From: Bacteroidota bacterium
Lineage (GTDB): Bacteria; Bacteroidota; Bacteroidia; Bacteroidales; VadinHA17
Direction of reading: 5' to 3'
Assembly (NCBI GenBank): GCA_021816545.1
Contig: JAKAXP010000001.1
Span: 1 to 36,915, forward strand
DNA length: 36,915 nt
Shown here piece after piece: positions 19,126-27,181 of the stretch. Position 1 is the stretch's first letter. Every line of letters starts with the position of its first letter. A program made the position numbers and the translations under genes. The notes below the pieces were generated by a model. It made no database searches, had not been told where the DNA came from, and saw nothing but the letters and a program-made list of their open reading frames with translations.

Positions 19126-19887
19126 ATGGAAAAAACTCTTTTCGGTCTGCTCGTCTGGATCTGGATATCCGTCGCGGTCATTATCTTCATCGTCCTGCTG
19201 TTTGTGACAGCCCCTTACGGCAGGCACTCGAAGAGGACATGGGGTGTGACAATCCCCGACAGGCTCGGATGGTTCCTTATGGAGATACCCGGGCCGGTCA
19301 TCTACCTGATGCTCGTAATCACCGGCGGCGGTCCAAAAACCGTGACCATATGGGTTATCACCGGGCTATACCTGGCGCACTATCTGAACCGGGCAATTAT
19401 CTATCCGCTGAGGATCAGAACAAAAGGCAAGGAGATGCCCCTGCTGGTAGCCCTGATGGCTGTCTTTTTCAATTTTGTGAACGCCGGTTTCCTCGGGTAT
19501 TTTGCCGGCACGCTTCAGACACATTACACTGAATCCTGGATGACAGATCCCCGTTTCATTGCCGGCCTGTTGATTTTCCTGGCAGGGATGGCAATAAACA
19601 TGAGCTCGGATGAAAAGCTGATTCACCTGCGTAAAAAGAGAAACGGCAACGATTATGTCATTCCACACGGTGGCCTGTTTGAAAAGATCTCCTGCCCCAA
19701 CTTCTTCGGTGAGATACTTGAATGGAGCGGTTATGCCATACTCTGCTGGTCATTGCCGGCTTTGTCATTTTTCATCTGGACCTTCTGCAACCTGGTCCCG
19801 AGGGCACTTTCCCACCACAGGTGGTACAGGAGCCATTTCACAGACTACCCGGCGGAGAGGAAGGCAATTATCCCATATATTTTATAA
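19126..19887 (+). CDS. 3-oxo-5-alpha-steroid 4-dehydrogenase (steroid 5-alpha-reductase/polyprenol reductase) family membrane protein
   Basis: Polytopic 253-aa protein with the C-terminal signature HGGLFEKISCPNFFGEILEWSGYA. Confidence 0.75.
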   Translation: MEKTLFGLLVWIWISVAVIIFIVLLFVTAPYGRHSKRTWGVTIPDRLGWFLMEIPGPVIYLMLVITGGGPKTVTIWVITGLYLAHYLNRAIIYPLRIRTKGKEMPLLVALMAVFFNFVNAGFLGYFAGTLQTHYTESWMTDPRFIAGLLIFLAGMAINMSSDEKLIHLRKKRNGNDYVIPHGGLFEKISCPNFFGEILEWSGYAILCWSLPALSFFIWTFCNLVPRALSHHRWYRSHFTDYPAERKAIIPYIL

Positions 19888-19911
19888 CTTGAAGCACAAA
19901 AGTCCAATAAT

Positions 19912-20655
19912 ATGAAGGATAATCACCTGGGATGGAAAGGCCGGTTCCTGTGGCTGGCTGTTTTTGCAGCCGCGATGGGATTCCTGGAGGGGATAGTTGT
20001 CATCTACCTGCGTGAGCTTTACTACCCTGACGGATTTGAATTCCCGTTGAAACTCATGTCGGCAGACCTGGTCACTGCCGAGTGGATCAGGGAGATAGCC
20101 ACATTGGTGATGCTGGCAACTGTCGGAATCATCACAGGCAGAAACGGTCTCCAGAGGCTGTTCTACGCCCTTTTTGCATTCGGGGTTTGGGACATATTTT
20201 ATTATGTAGCTCTCAACCTGCTGACCGGCTGGCCTGAAACACTACTCACATGGGACCTTCTTTTCCTGATACCTGTTTCATGGCTTGGGCCCGTGCTGGC
20301 ACCCGTGATCAACTCGCTAACCATGATCCTCATGGCGCTGCTCTTTATCGGCAGGCAGGAAAAGGGCTATTATGTCAGGCCGGGTGTGTCTGACTGGGTC
20401 CTGATATTCGGAGGAGCCCTCGTTATTCTTTATACTTACCTTATTGACTACTCACGCCTTCTGTTTGAAAGCGGTGCACTGAAGGCGAAGGGTTCGCCGG
20501 AGGCAGGAGAACGCTTTATTGCCATGATAACCACCTACATACCTGAACATTACAGGTGGAAGCTGTTTGTCCTCGGCGAGGTCCTCATAATTGCCGCAAC
20601 AATCAATGTAATGATAAGAAGTCGTAAATATTCAAAAGATGAAACAGTTAAGTAA
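19912..20655 (+). CDS. Polytopic membrane protein of unknown function (about 6-7 TM helices)
   Basis: Long ORF with coding-like composition and repeated hydrophobic helices. 24 nt after the reductase gene and overlapping the next gene by 17 nt. No motif recognised. Confidence 0.55.
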   Translation: MKDNHLGWKGRFLWLAVFAAAMGFLEGIVVIYLRELYYPDGFEFPLKLMSADLVTAEWIREIATLVMLATVGIITGRNGLQRLFYALFAFGVWDIFYYVALNLLTGWPETLLTWDLLFLIPVSWLGPVLAPVINSLTMILMALLFIGRQEKGYYVRPGVSDWVLIFGGALVILYTYLIDYSRLLFESGALKAKGSPEAGERFIAMITTYIPEHYRWKLFVLGEVLIIAATINVMIRSRKYSKDETVK

Positions 20656-22735
20656 CCTGATTGCATTCATTATGCTTTTACTGATCTTACCCGGATGCGG
20701 GGAAAAGAAAAACAAAGGTGCGGAAGACACCGATCAATATCTCTGGCTCGAGGAGGTGGAGAGTGAGAAATCACTTGCCTGGGCGCGCGAGCAGAACAGG
20801 CTCTCCGATGAAGTGCTGACGACAAAGCCGGTATTCACTGAACTCCGTGACAGGTACCTCGAGGTATTCAATGACAGGGACAGGATCATTTTCCCGGATA
20901 TAACCGGGGATATGAGCTACAACCTGTGGCAGGATGAGAAAAACGAGAGAGGACTCTGGAGGAGGATGACAAAGAAGGATTACCTCGCCGGCAAAAATGA
21001 ATGGGAACCGGTTCTTGATCTTGACGCCCTGTCAGCAGCGGAGGGAAAGAAATGGGTGTTTGGCGGTGCATCGTGGCTTGCACCAGAGAACCGTTATTGC
21101 CTGCTCTATATCTCCGACGGGGGTAAGGATGAGACCTTTATCCGCGAGTTTGATGCCGTTGAGAAGAAGTTTGTGGAGGGCGGATTTTCCATTCCTGAAA
21201 GCAAGGGAAGTGCAGCCTGGATAGATAAAGACCGGATTCTTGTGGCAACCGGTTACGGACCCGGTACCATGACATCTTCAGGCTATCCTGCCATTGCAAA
21301 AATCTGGAAGAGAGGAGAGGATCCGGCAAATGCCGTTACCGTCCACCAGACTGATACAACAAACATGGGGATCTTCGTGAACAGCAGCGAAGTCAACGGG
21401 AAACGTTATGTCATCCTGAATGAGAGCAAAGGGTTCTATGAGTCAACGATGTATCTCCTCACCCCTGACGGGCTGAAGGCCCTTGACATACCAAAGGATG
21501 TGGAGACCAGGGGAATATTCAGGGATCAGCTTCTCCTTTACCTGCAGTCAGACTGGAATATCAACGGTGCAACCTGGAAAACCGGTACCCTGGTCAGCTA
21601 TGACCTGCCGTCATTCCTGGCAGGTACACCGAAGATAATGACCATTTACGAACCGGGCGAAAGGGAGAGTCTCGGAGGCGTCATGACAACCCGTGACTTC
21701 GTTGTGCTGTCAACCATGGAGAATGTCCAGGGAAGACTGAAGATCGTTCGTCCCGCTGACGGGAAATGGTCTGTGGAGGAGGTAGCGGTGCCAGGCATCG
21801 GAACCGTCGGGCTGGCCGGTTCGGATGATCTGTCGAACGACTGGTTCTTCACCTTCAGCAACCCGATTACCCCGACAACCCTTTATCACGGTGACGGGAA
21901 AGATATAAAGCCCATAAAGAAGCAGAAGGATTATTTCAATGCACAGGGGGTTAAGGTTGACCAGTATGAAGTTGCTTCAAAAGACGGCACAATGATCCCC
22001 TATTTCATTGTTTACCCGGCTGACATGGTCTTTGACGGGAGTAATCCCACACTTGTTTATGCATACGGCGGGTTCAACAGTGCAACCCGTCCGGGTTACA
22101 GCTCCATCACCGGTATCGGGTGGATTGAAAAGGGAGGTGTCTATGTGATTGCCAACATACGCGGCGGAGGTGAGTTCGGTCCCGAATGGCACAAGTCGGC
22201 CCTGAGGGAGAAGAGGCAGAATGCATATGATGACCTGTTTGCAGTAGCAGGGGATCTGATTACAAGAAAGGTCACCTCGCCTGAGCGGATGGGATTTTAC
22301 GGCTGGAGCAACGGCGGTTTGCTGGCAGGTGTGGCAATGACACAACGGCCTGATCTCTGGAATGCGGTTGTCATCGGAGCTCCGCTGCTTGACATGAAGA
22401 GATACAACAAGCTGCTAGCAGGTGCCAGCTGGATGGATGAGTACGGCAACCCTGATGTTCCGGAAGACTGGGCATTCATCAGCAAGTATTCTCCTTATCA
22501 GAATGTAAGGGAGGATGTGAAATATCCGGAGCCCTTCATCATTACCTCAACCAAGGATGACAGGGTGCATCCGGGTCATGCCCGCAAGATGGCGGCAAAG
22601 ATGATTGACATGGGACACCCGGTTCTGTACCATGAGACAATAGAGGGCGGCCACGGGGCAGCATCAACCAATGCACAGGAGGCGGAGATGTGGGCACTGA
22701 TGTATACCTATCTCAATATGAAGCTCGGAAAGTAA
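20639..22735 (+). CDS. Prolyl oligopeptidase family (S9A) serine peptidase, lipoprotein
   Basis: Lipobox LILPGCGE. N-terminal propeller-sized region. Catalytic GWSNGGLL (Ser), TSTKDDRVHP (Asp) and EGGHGAAS (His). Confidence 0.85.
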   Translation: MKQLSNLIAFIMLLLILPGCGEKKNKGAEDTDQYLWLEEVESEKSLAWAREQNRLSDEVLTTKPVFTELRDRYLEVFNDRDRIIFPDITGDMSYNLWQDEKNERGLWRRMTKKDYLAGKNEWEPVLDLDALSAAEGKKWVFGGASWLAPENRYCLLYISDGGKDETFIREFDAVEKKFVEGGFSIPESKGSAAWIDKDRILVATGYGPGTMTSSGYPAIAKIWKRGEDPANAVTVHQTDTTNMGIFVNSSEVNGKRYVILNESKGFYESTMYLLTPDGLKALDIPKDVETRGIFRDQLLLYLQSDWNINGATWKTGTLVSYDLPSFLAGTPKIMTIYEPGERESLGGVMTTRDFVVLSTMENVQGRLKIVRPADGKWSVEEVAVPGIGTVGLAGSDDLSNDWFFTFSNPITPTTLYHGDGKDIKPIKKQKDYFNAQGVKVDQYEVASKDGTMIPYFIVYPADMVFDGSNPTLVYAYGGFNSATRPGYSSITGIGWIEKGGVYVIANIRGGGEFGPEWHKSALREKRQNAYDDLFAVAGDLITRKVTSPERMGFYGWSNGGLLAGVAMTQRPDLWNAVVIGAPLLDMKRYNKLLAGASWMDEYGNPDVPEDWAFISKYSPYQNVREDVKYPEPFIITSTKDDRVHPGHARKMAAKMIDMGHPVLYHETIEGGHGAASTNAQEAEMWALMYTYLNMKLGK

Positions 22736-22777
22736 ATATACGGAGTACATATTACGCAGGCGCAGTTATTAAAAGTG

Positions 22778-22810
22778 GAAGACTGCCGGATTGGGGCGCC
22801 GGCAGTCTTC
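22778..22810 (+). terminator. Perfect 12-bp stem / 9-nt loop hairpin downstream of the S9 peptidase gene
   Basis: GAAGACTGCCGG-attggggcg-CCGGCAGTCTTC, 43 nt after the stop at 22735. There is no U-tract, so the intrinsic-terminator role is inferred from position only. Confidence 0.5.
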
Positions 22811-23091
22811 GCTGCATTAAAACGGACTTATGGAAAGAAAGAATGATTAAAGTATATGCCCCGGACGACAGTTGTCCAATAAGGCACCATTGAAAAGAAC
22901 CACGCGGAAATCTAATAATCCGTTTATGAAGATTTGATGAAGAAACCTGTTTAGGATGCCCCTTGCACGTATTTTGGTGAATCGGACGCCAGCTTACCTC
23001 TATGATTTTTGATCAGTTCCGTATTGCCCGTGTTAAATTTTTATATATTTATAGGGCCTGTTTTTTTTATTCTAACCTAACCGATAAGATT

Positions 23092-23445
23092 ATGACCAGA
23101 ACAAAACTTACCCTAAGTCTTCTTCTGTGCCTGGTGATCATTGCGGCCTCCTGCGGAGGCGGCAAAGGCAAAGGGGCACAGGAAACACCTGAAACTCCTG
23201 CCGCAACGGCAACCGTAAGCCTGGCCATCGAGGGGATGACCTGCACCGGCTGCGAGAACACAATCTGTACCAGCCTGGAAAAAGTACCTGGTGTAAAGTC
23301 CGTCACCGCCTCCTTTTCTGACGGCAAGGCAGTCATTGAGTATGAACCCGGCAAGGTTGATACCGCAAAGCTCAAGGAGGCTGTGGATGCTTCAGGATAC
23401 AAGGCACTGAAAGTCAGTGCTGTAGAAGGCGAAGAAAAACAGTAG
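23092..23445 (+). CDS. Exported heavy-metal-associated (HMA) domain lipoprotein, MxCxxC
   Basis: MTRTKLTLSLLLCLVIIAASCGGG lipoprotein signal from the ATG at 23092. GMTCTGCENTI metal-binding loop in a roughly 70-aa ferredoxin-like HMA domain. Confidence 0.75.
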   Translation: MTRTKLTLSLLLCLVIIAASCGGGKGKGAQETPETPAATATVSLAIEGMTCTGCENTICTSLEKVPGVKSVTASFSDGKAVIEYEPGKVDTAKLKEAVDASGYKALKVSAVEGEEKQ

Positions 23446-23489
23446 CCTGGCATTTAAGACGAATTTTTTATATATCAAGCTGATTACCA

Positions 23490-24467
23490 ATGTCCAGAGA
23501 CAAGAAGGAAGAGGGTAATCGCAGCGATGACCTTGACAGGACAATTGAAAACTCCAGGCGTGATTTTCTGAGGAAGGTCACACTGGCAGGAGCGGTTACT
23601 GTCACGGGAGCAGCAGCGATATACTCGGGTCACCGATTTGAGAAAGCCAAGCACCGGGAGGGCTACGTGAAGGTGCTCACCGAAGACAACCGGCTGGTTG
23701 AGATCCCGGTTGAACAGATGCGTGACTTCAAGCCTGACCTGAAGATGCTTCAGAGCCAGGGAAGGGAAGGAATTGCCGGCAGAAGATGGGTCATGGTTAT
23801 AGACCTTTCAAAGTGCCGCAATGCCAGGAAATGCGTTGAGGCATGCCAGGCTGCGCATCATCTACGGCCTTATGAATATCATATAAATACCCTTGTGATG
23901 CAGGAGTCTGTCAATACCCCTGCATACTTTATGCCCAAGCCCTGCCAGCACTGTGACAATCCTCCGTGTGTCTCGGTATGCCCGGTGGATGCCACCTTCA
24001 AGAGGCAGGACGGGATAGTACTGATAGACAATGAGAGGTGCATCGGCTGCCGGTTCTGCATGGCTGCCTGTCCTTACTCGGCAAGGATGTTCCACTGGCA
24101 GGAGCCATCGCAGAGCGAGACAGACAAAGGCAGCGAGTATAATGTTGAACTGAACGTCCCCCAGAAAAAGGGTACCATCAGCAAATGCCTGTTCAGTGCC
24201 GACAGGCTGAGGGAGGGGATGCTTCCATACTGCGTCTCGGCCTGTCCCAACGGTGTGTTTTACTTCGGAGACGAGAACGAAGATGCCGTCACCAACGGAA
24301 CCACGAAGCAGACCGTCCGTTTCAGCGAGCTGATTGAGAAGAACGGAGGTTACAGGCTGATGCCGGAACTCGGAACCCAGCCAAGGGTATACTATCTCCC
24401 GCCCAAGAACAGGATCTTCGATTTTGAGCAGGGGGAAAAGAGAGAGTACAAGGAAGAAAAATCATAA
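23490..24467 (+). CDS. Tat-exported four-cluster-type Fe-S protein (NrfC/DmsB/ActB2-like electron-transfer subunit)
   Basis: Twin-arginine motif SRRDFLRK. Cys groups are C109-x5-C-x3-C, CQHCDNPPCVSVCP, CIGCRFCMAACP and C233-LF-S...C248-VSA-CP. Confidence 0.8.
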   Translation: MSRDKKEEGNRSDDLDRTIENSRRDFLRKVTLAGAVTVTGAAAIYSGHRFEKAKHREGYVKVLTEDNRLVEIPVEQMRDFKPDLKMLQSQGREGIAGRRWVMVIDLSKCRNARKCVEACQAAHHLRPYEYHINTLVMQESVNTPAYFMPKPCQHCDNPPCVSVCPVDATFKRQDGIVLIDNERCIGCRFCMAACPYSARMFHWQEPSQSETDKGSEYNVELNVPQKKGTISKCLFSADRLREGMLPYCVSACPNGVFYFGDENEDAVTNGTTKQTVRFSELIEKNGGYRLMPELGTQPRVYYLPPKNRIFDFEQGEKREYKEEKS

Positions 24468-24479
24468 ACAGGCGCCATT

Positions 24480-25823
24480 ATGGATGAATTTCGCTTCAAT
24501 ACTCCCCGTGAGAAGGGGAAGATCGATTCCCTGGCCGCTGACATCCTTAAAAACGTCAGGATCAATGCCTCGTTCCTCCTGTGGATGGGATTTCTATTCA
24601 CACTTCTGGCCGCCTGTCTGTTCGCCTACACAATACAGCTCAGGAAGGGACTGGGCGTAACCGGGCTTCGTGATTTTACAAGCTGGGGCATGTATATTGC
24701 CAACTTCGTATTCTTCGTGGCTACCAGCCTCTGCGGGATGCTGATCAGCTCGGTACTCGGGCTTATCGGGTACAGGTGGGTCAAACCCATTTCGCGAATA
24801 GCGGAGATAATTGCAATAGCATTTGCAGCCGTGGCCGGACTTGTCATCATCTCTGACATGGGTCGCCCTGACAGGCTTCCCTATGTCTTCATGTTCGGAA
24901 GAGTGCAGTCGCCAATACTGTGGGACGTGACTGTTGTTACAACCTACTTCGTGCTGAGCATGCTGCTGTGGTTCTTCCCGATGGTTCCGGACCTGGCAAT
25001 TGCAAAGGACAGGCTTGAAGGGAGGCCAAAGTTCCTTGTGAAGGCATATGAGATACTTTCTGTCAGGTGGATGCATCATGAAAAGCAGTACCATTTACTG
25101 GGCCAGGCAGTAAGGATACTTCTGATACTTATTATTCCCACTGCCTTTGCAATACACACCGTCACCTCATGGCTTTTCGCGGTGACGCCGCGTACAGGCT
25201 GGGACAGCACGATCTTCGGGCCCTACTTCATCTCCGGAGCCTTTGTATCAGGCACCGCAGCGGTGATTATTGCCATGTACTTCTTCAGGGTGAACTACAG
25301 GCTTGAGAAGTACCTTAATACCGAGACCTTTGAGAAGATGGGAAGGGTGATGGTACTTGTGGCTATAGTTTATTTCTATTTTAACCTCAATGAGTTTCTT
25401 GTTCCGGGCTACAAACTTAAGACCGGTGATGCCATTCATCTGCGTGAGCTCTTCACAGGCCACTACGCTGCCCTTTTCTGGGGCATCCAGCTGTTCGGGC
25501 TTATTATTCCGGCCATACTGCTGTTATTCAAGCAGATTCGCCGGCCGCTCCCCATGATGGTCATCTCACTCTTCGTGCTGGTTGGCTCCTGGTTCAAGAG
25601 ATTCATAATCGTTGTTCCTCCGCAGGGGCATCCCAACCTCCCGATACAGAATGTGCCGGTTGAGTGGGTGGTTTACAAACCGACTCTCATCGAGACGGCA
25701 GTGACAGTGGCTTCAATAGTCCTGGTGCTGATAATAATTACAATACTCTCCAAACTGTTCCCGGTTATCCCCATCTGGGAGATGGCGGAGGAAGAGAACG
25801 GAAAAGATAAAATTTCGGAATAA
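24480..25823 (+). CDS. NrfD/ActC-like polytopic quinone-interacting membrane subunit
   Basis: 447-aa protein with roughly 10 hydrophobic helices, 12 nt after the Fe-S subunit gene. That is the canonical NrfC-NrfD gene order. The family call is by architecture and context, not by a specific motif. Confidence 0.7.
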   Translation: MDEFRFNTPREKGKIDSLAADILKNVRINASFLLWMGFLFTLLAACLFAYTIQLRKGLGVTGLRDFTSWGMYIANFVFFVATSLCGMLISSVLGLIGYRWVKPISRIAEIIAIAFAAVAGLVIISDMGRPDRLPYVFMFGRVQSPILWDVTVVTTYFVLSMLLWFFPMVPDLAIAKDRLEGRPKFLVKAYEILSVRWMHHEKQYHLLGQAVRILLILIIPTAFAIHTVTSWLFAVTPRTGWDSTIFGPYFISGAFVSGTAAVIIAMYFFRVNYRLEKYLNTETFEKMGRVMVLVAIVYFYFNLNEFLVPGYKLKTGDAIHLRELFTGHYAALFWGIQLFGLIIPAILLLFKQIRRPLPMMVISLFVLVGSWFKRFIIVVPPQGHPNLPIQNVPVEWVVYKPTLIETAVTVASIVLVLIIITILSKLFPVIPIWEMAEEENGKDKISE

Positions 25824-25841
25824 CAGTAAATCCAGAGTATT

Positions 25842-26786
25842 ATGAGATTTTTCACGGTTTTGATATTGAGCCTTTTGCTGGTTCCATCGATGGCCCAGGA
25901 CCCTGATTGGGTTGTTCCGGAGGACAGGAAGGGCAGGCTAAGCACCTTCCCCTTCACCGATGAGACCAGGAAAGAAGGTGAGCGGCTGTACCAGGTTAAC
26001 TGTCACTCATGCCACGGTGACCCCGGGAGGAACAACTACATAGCTCTGCAGCCCCCTCCCGGAGACCCGGCCACGGAAAAGATACAGAATAACAGTGATG
26101 GTGAAATATTCCACAAGGTAACCACGGGTCGCGGTCCGATGCCATCATTCCGCAGTGTGCTTACCACCGAGGAAATCTGGAAGGTTGTATCATATATAAG
26201 AAGTTTCAACCGCAACTATGTCCAGAAAGTGATGCAGGTTATTACGTCCTCAGCGTACCCGGGTGCGGTGATCAGTATGAAGCTTGCCTGGGATGATGCG
26301 GCAAAGCTGGTATCAGTGATTGCCACGGCAACCGGCGAAACCGGCAGCGTGCCTGTGACAGGTGCCGGGGTAAGACTGATGGCGGGAAGATATTTCGGCA
26401 TGATGCAGGTTGATGAGGAGAAGGTCACCGACAACAGCGGAACAGCCCTCTTTGCCACACCTGAAGGATTGCCCGGAGACACGGCGGGAAACATCCGCTT
26501 TAGTGCCCAGTTCACTGATGAGCAGACCTTCGGAAGCGTTTCAAAGGACACAGTTCTGAGGGCCGGTGTGGTAACCGTTCCTGTTAGCCTCACGGCAAAG
26601 AGAGCCATGTGGAACACAGTCAGGAAAGCCCCCGTGTGGGTCATACTTGCATACGGTCTCGGCGTGCTTGCAGTGTGGGGATTCATACTCCTTGTAATGC
26701 TGAAACTGAGAGACATCTTCACTGTGGGCACAGCTCTTCAGGAGCGGCTCCAGGCATCAGGCAATGAAACAACAACAAACAACTGA
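25842..26786 (+). CDS. Monohaem class I cytochrome c with a C-terminal extension domain and TM anchor
   Basis: Signal peptide. Single CHSCH haem site (26001-26015) and GRGPMPSF distal Met region. About 120-aa beta-rich extension, then the TM helix VWVILAYGLGVLAVWGFILLVML. Confidence 0.75.
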   Translation: MRFFTVLILSLLLVPSMAQDPDWVVPEDRKGRLSTFPFTDETRKEGERLYQVNCHSCHGDPGRNNYIALQPPPGDPATEKIQNNSDGEIFHKVTTGRGPMPSFRSVLTTEEIWKVVSYIRSFNRNYVQKVMQVITSSAYPGAVISMKLAWDDAAKLVSVIATATGETGSVPVTGAGVRLMAGRYFGMMQVDEEKVTDNSGTALFATPEGLPGDTAGNIRFSAQFTDEQTFGSVSKDTVLRAGVVTVPVSLTAKRAMWNTVRKAPVWVILAYGLGVLAVWGFILLVMLKLRDIFTVGTALQERLQASGNETTTNN

Positions 26787-26791
26787 CCAAT

Positions 26792-27181
26792 ATGAAACAA
26801 CTTGCCCCGTTAGGCCGCATCCTCTTCGCACTGCCCTTTGCAGTGTTCGGTATCAACCATCTGGTAATGAAGGATTTTTACCTGGGTATGCTGACATCAT
26901 TCATCCCCCTGGGGGCGTATACGATCATCCTGACAGGACTGATAATGATAGCCGTCAGCATCAGCATCATCACCAAAAAGTTCATCAGGCTCTCCACCCT
27001 GGTACTTGCAGGGCTGCTGCTTATTTTCATACTGACAATCCATATCCCGCACCTTCTTGCTGACGGTACGGACAAGACACCCATCCTGATAGCATTGCTG
27101 AAGGACATCTCGCTTATGGGCGGATCGCTGATGATCGCAGGTTACTGCGCTGAAGAAGAATTAAAAAAAGCTGAAAAATGA
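26792..27181 (+). CDS. DoxX family membrane protein
   Basis: 129-aa, 4-helix protein. The N-terminal LGRILFALPFAVFGINHL resembles the DoxX signature region. Confidence 0.55.
   Translation: MKQLAPLGRILFALPFAVFGINHLVMKDFYLGMLTSFIPLGAYTIILTGLIMIAVSISIITKKFIRLSTLVLAGLLLIFILTIHIPHLLADGTDKTPILIALLKDISLMGGSLMIAGYCAEEELKKAEK

Noticed and set aside
22690-22893. 67-aa ORF spanning the S9 peptidase stop and the hairpin
   Set aside because: It overlaps the 3' end of a supported gene in another frame and runs through the 12-bp stem hairpin. It has no motif.
23044-23051. TATATTTA as a Bacteroidota -7 promoter box (consensus TAnnTTTG) 41 nt upstream of the HMA start
   Set aside because: It is only a near match (the last base is A, not G) in a generally A/T-rich tract. 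It is not reported as a feature without transcription-start data.
23002-23091. 30-codon upstream extension of the HMA gene
   Set aside because: The extension runs through an A/T-rich promoter-like tract (…ttaaatttttatatatttatagg…). The ATG at 23092 gives a textbook lipoprotein signal.
24594-25094. 166-aa minus-strand ORF inside the NrfD-like gene
   Set aside because: It is antisense to a long hydrophobic-helix-coding gene and has no motifs. It is a shadow ORF. The same reasoning applies to the other short antisense ORFs listed in the track within GH97, GH95, the beta-helix gene, ctaD, cyoE and the S9 peptidase.
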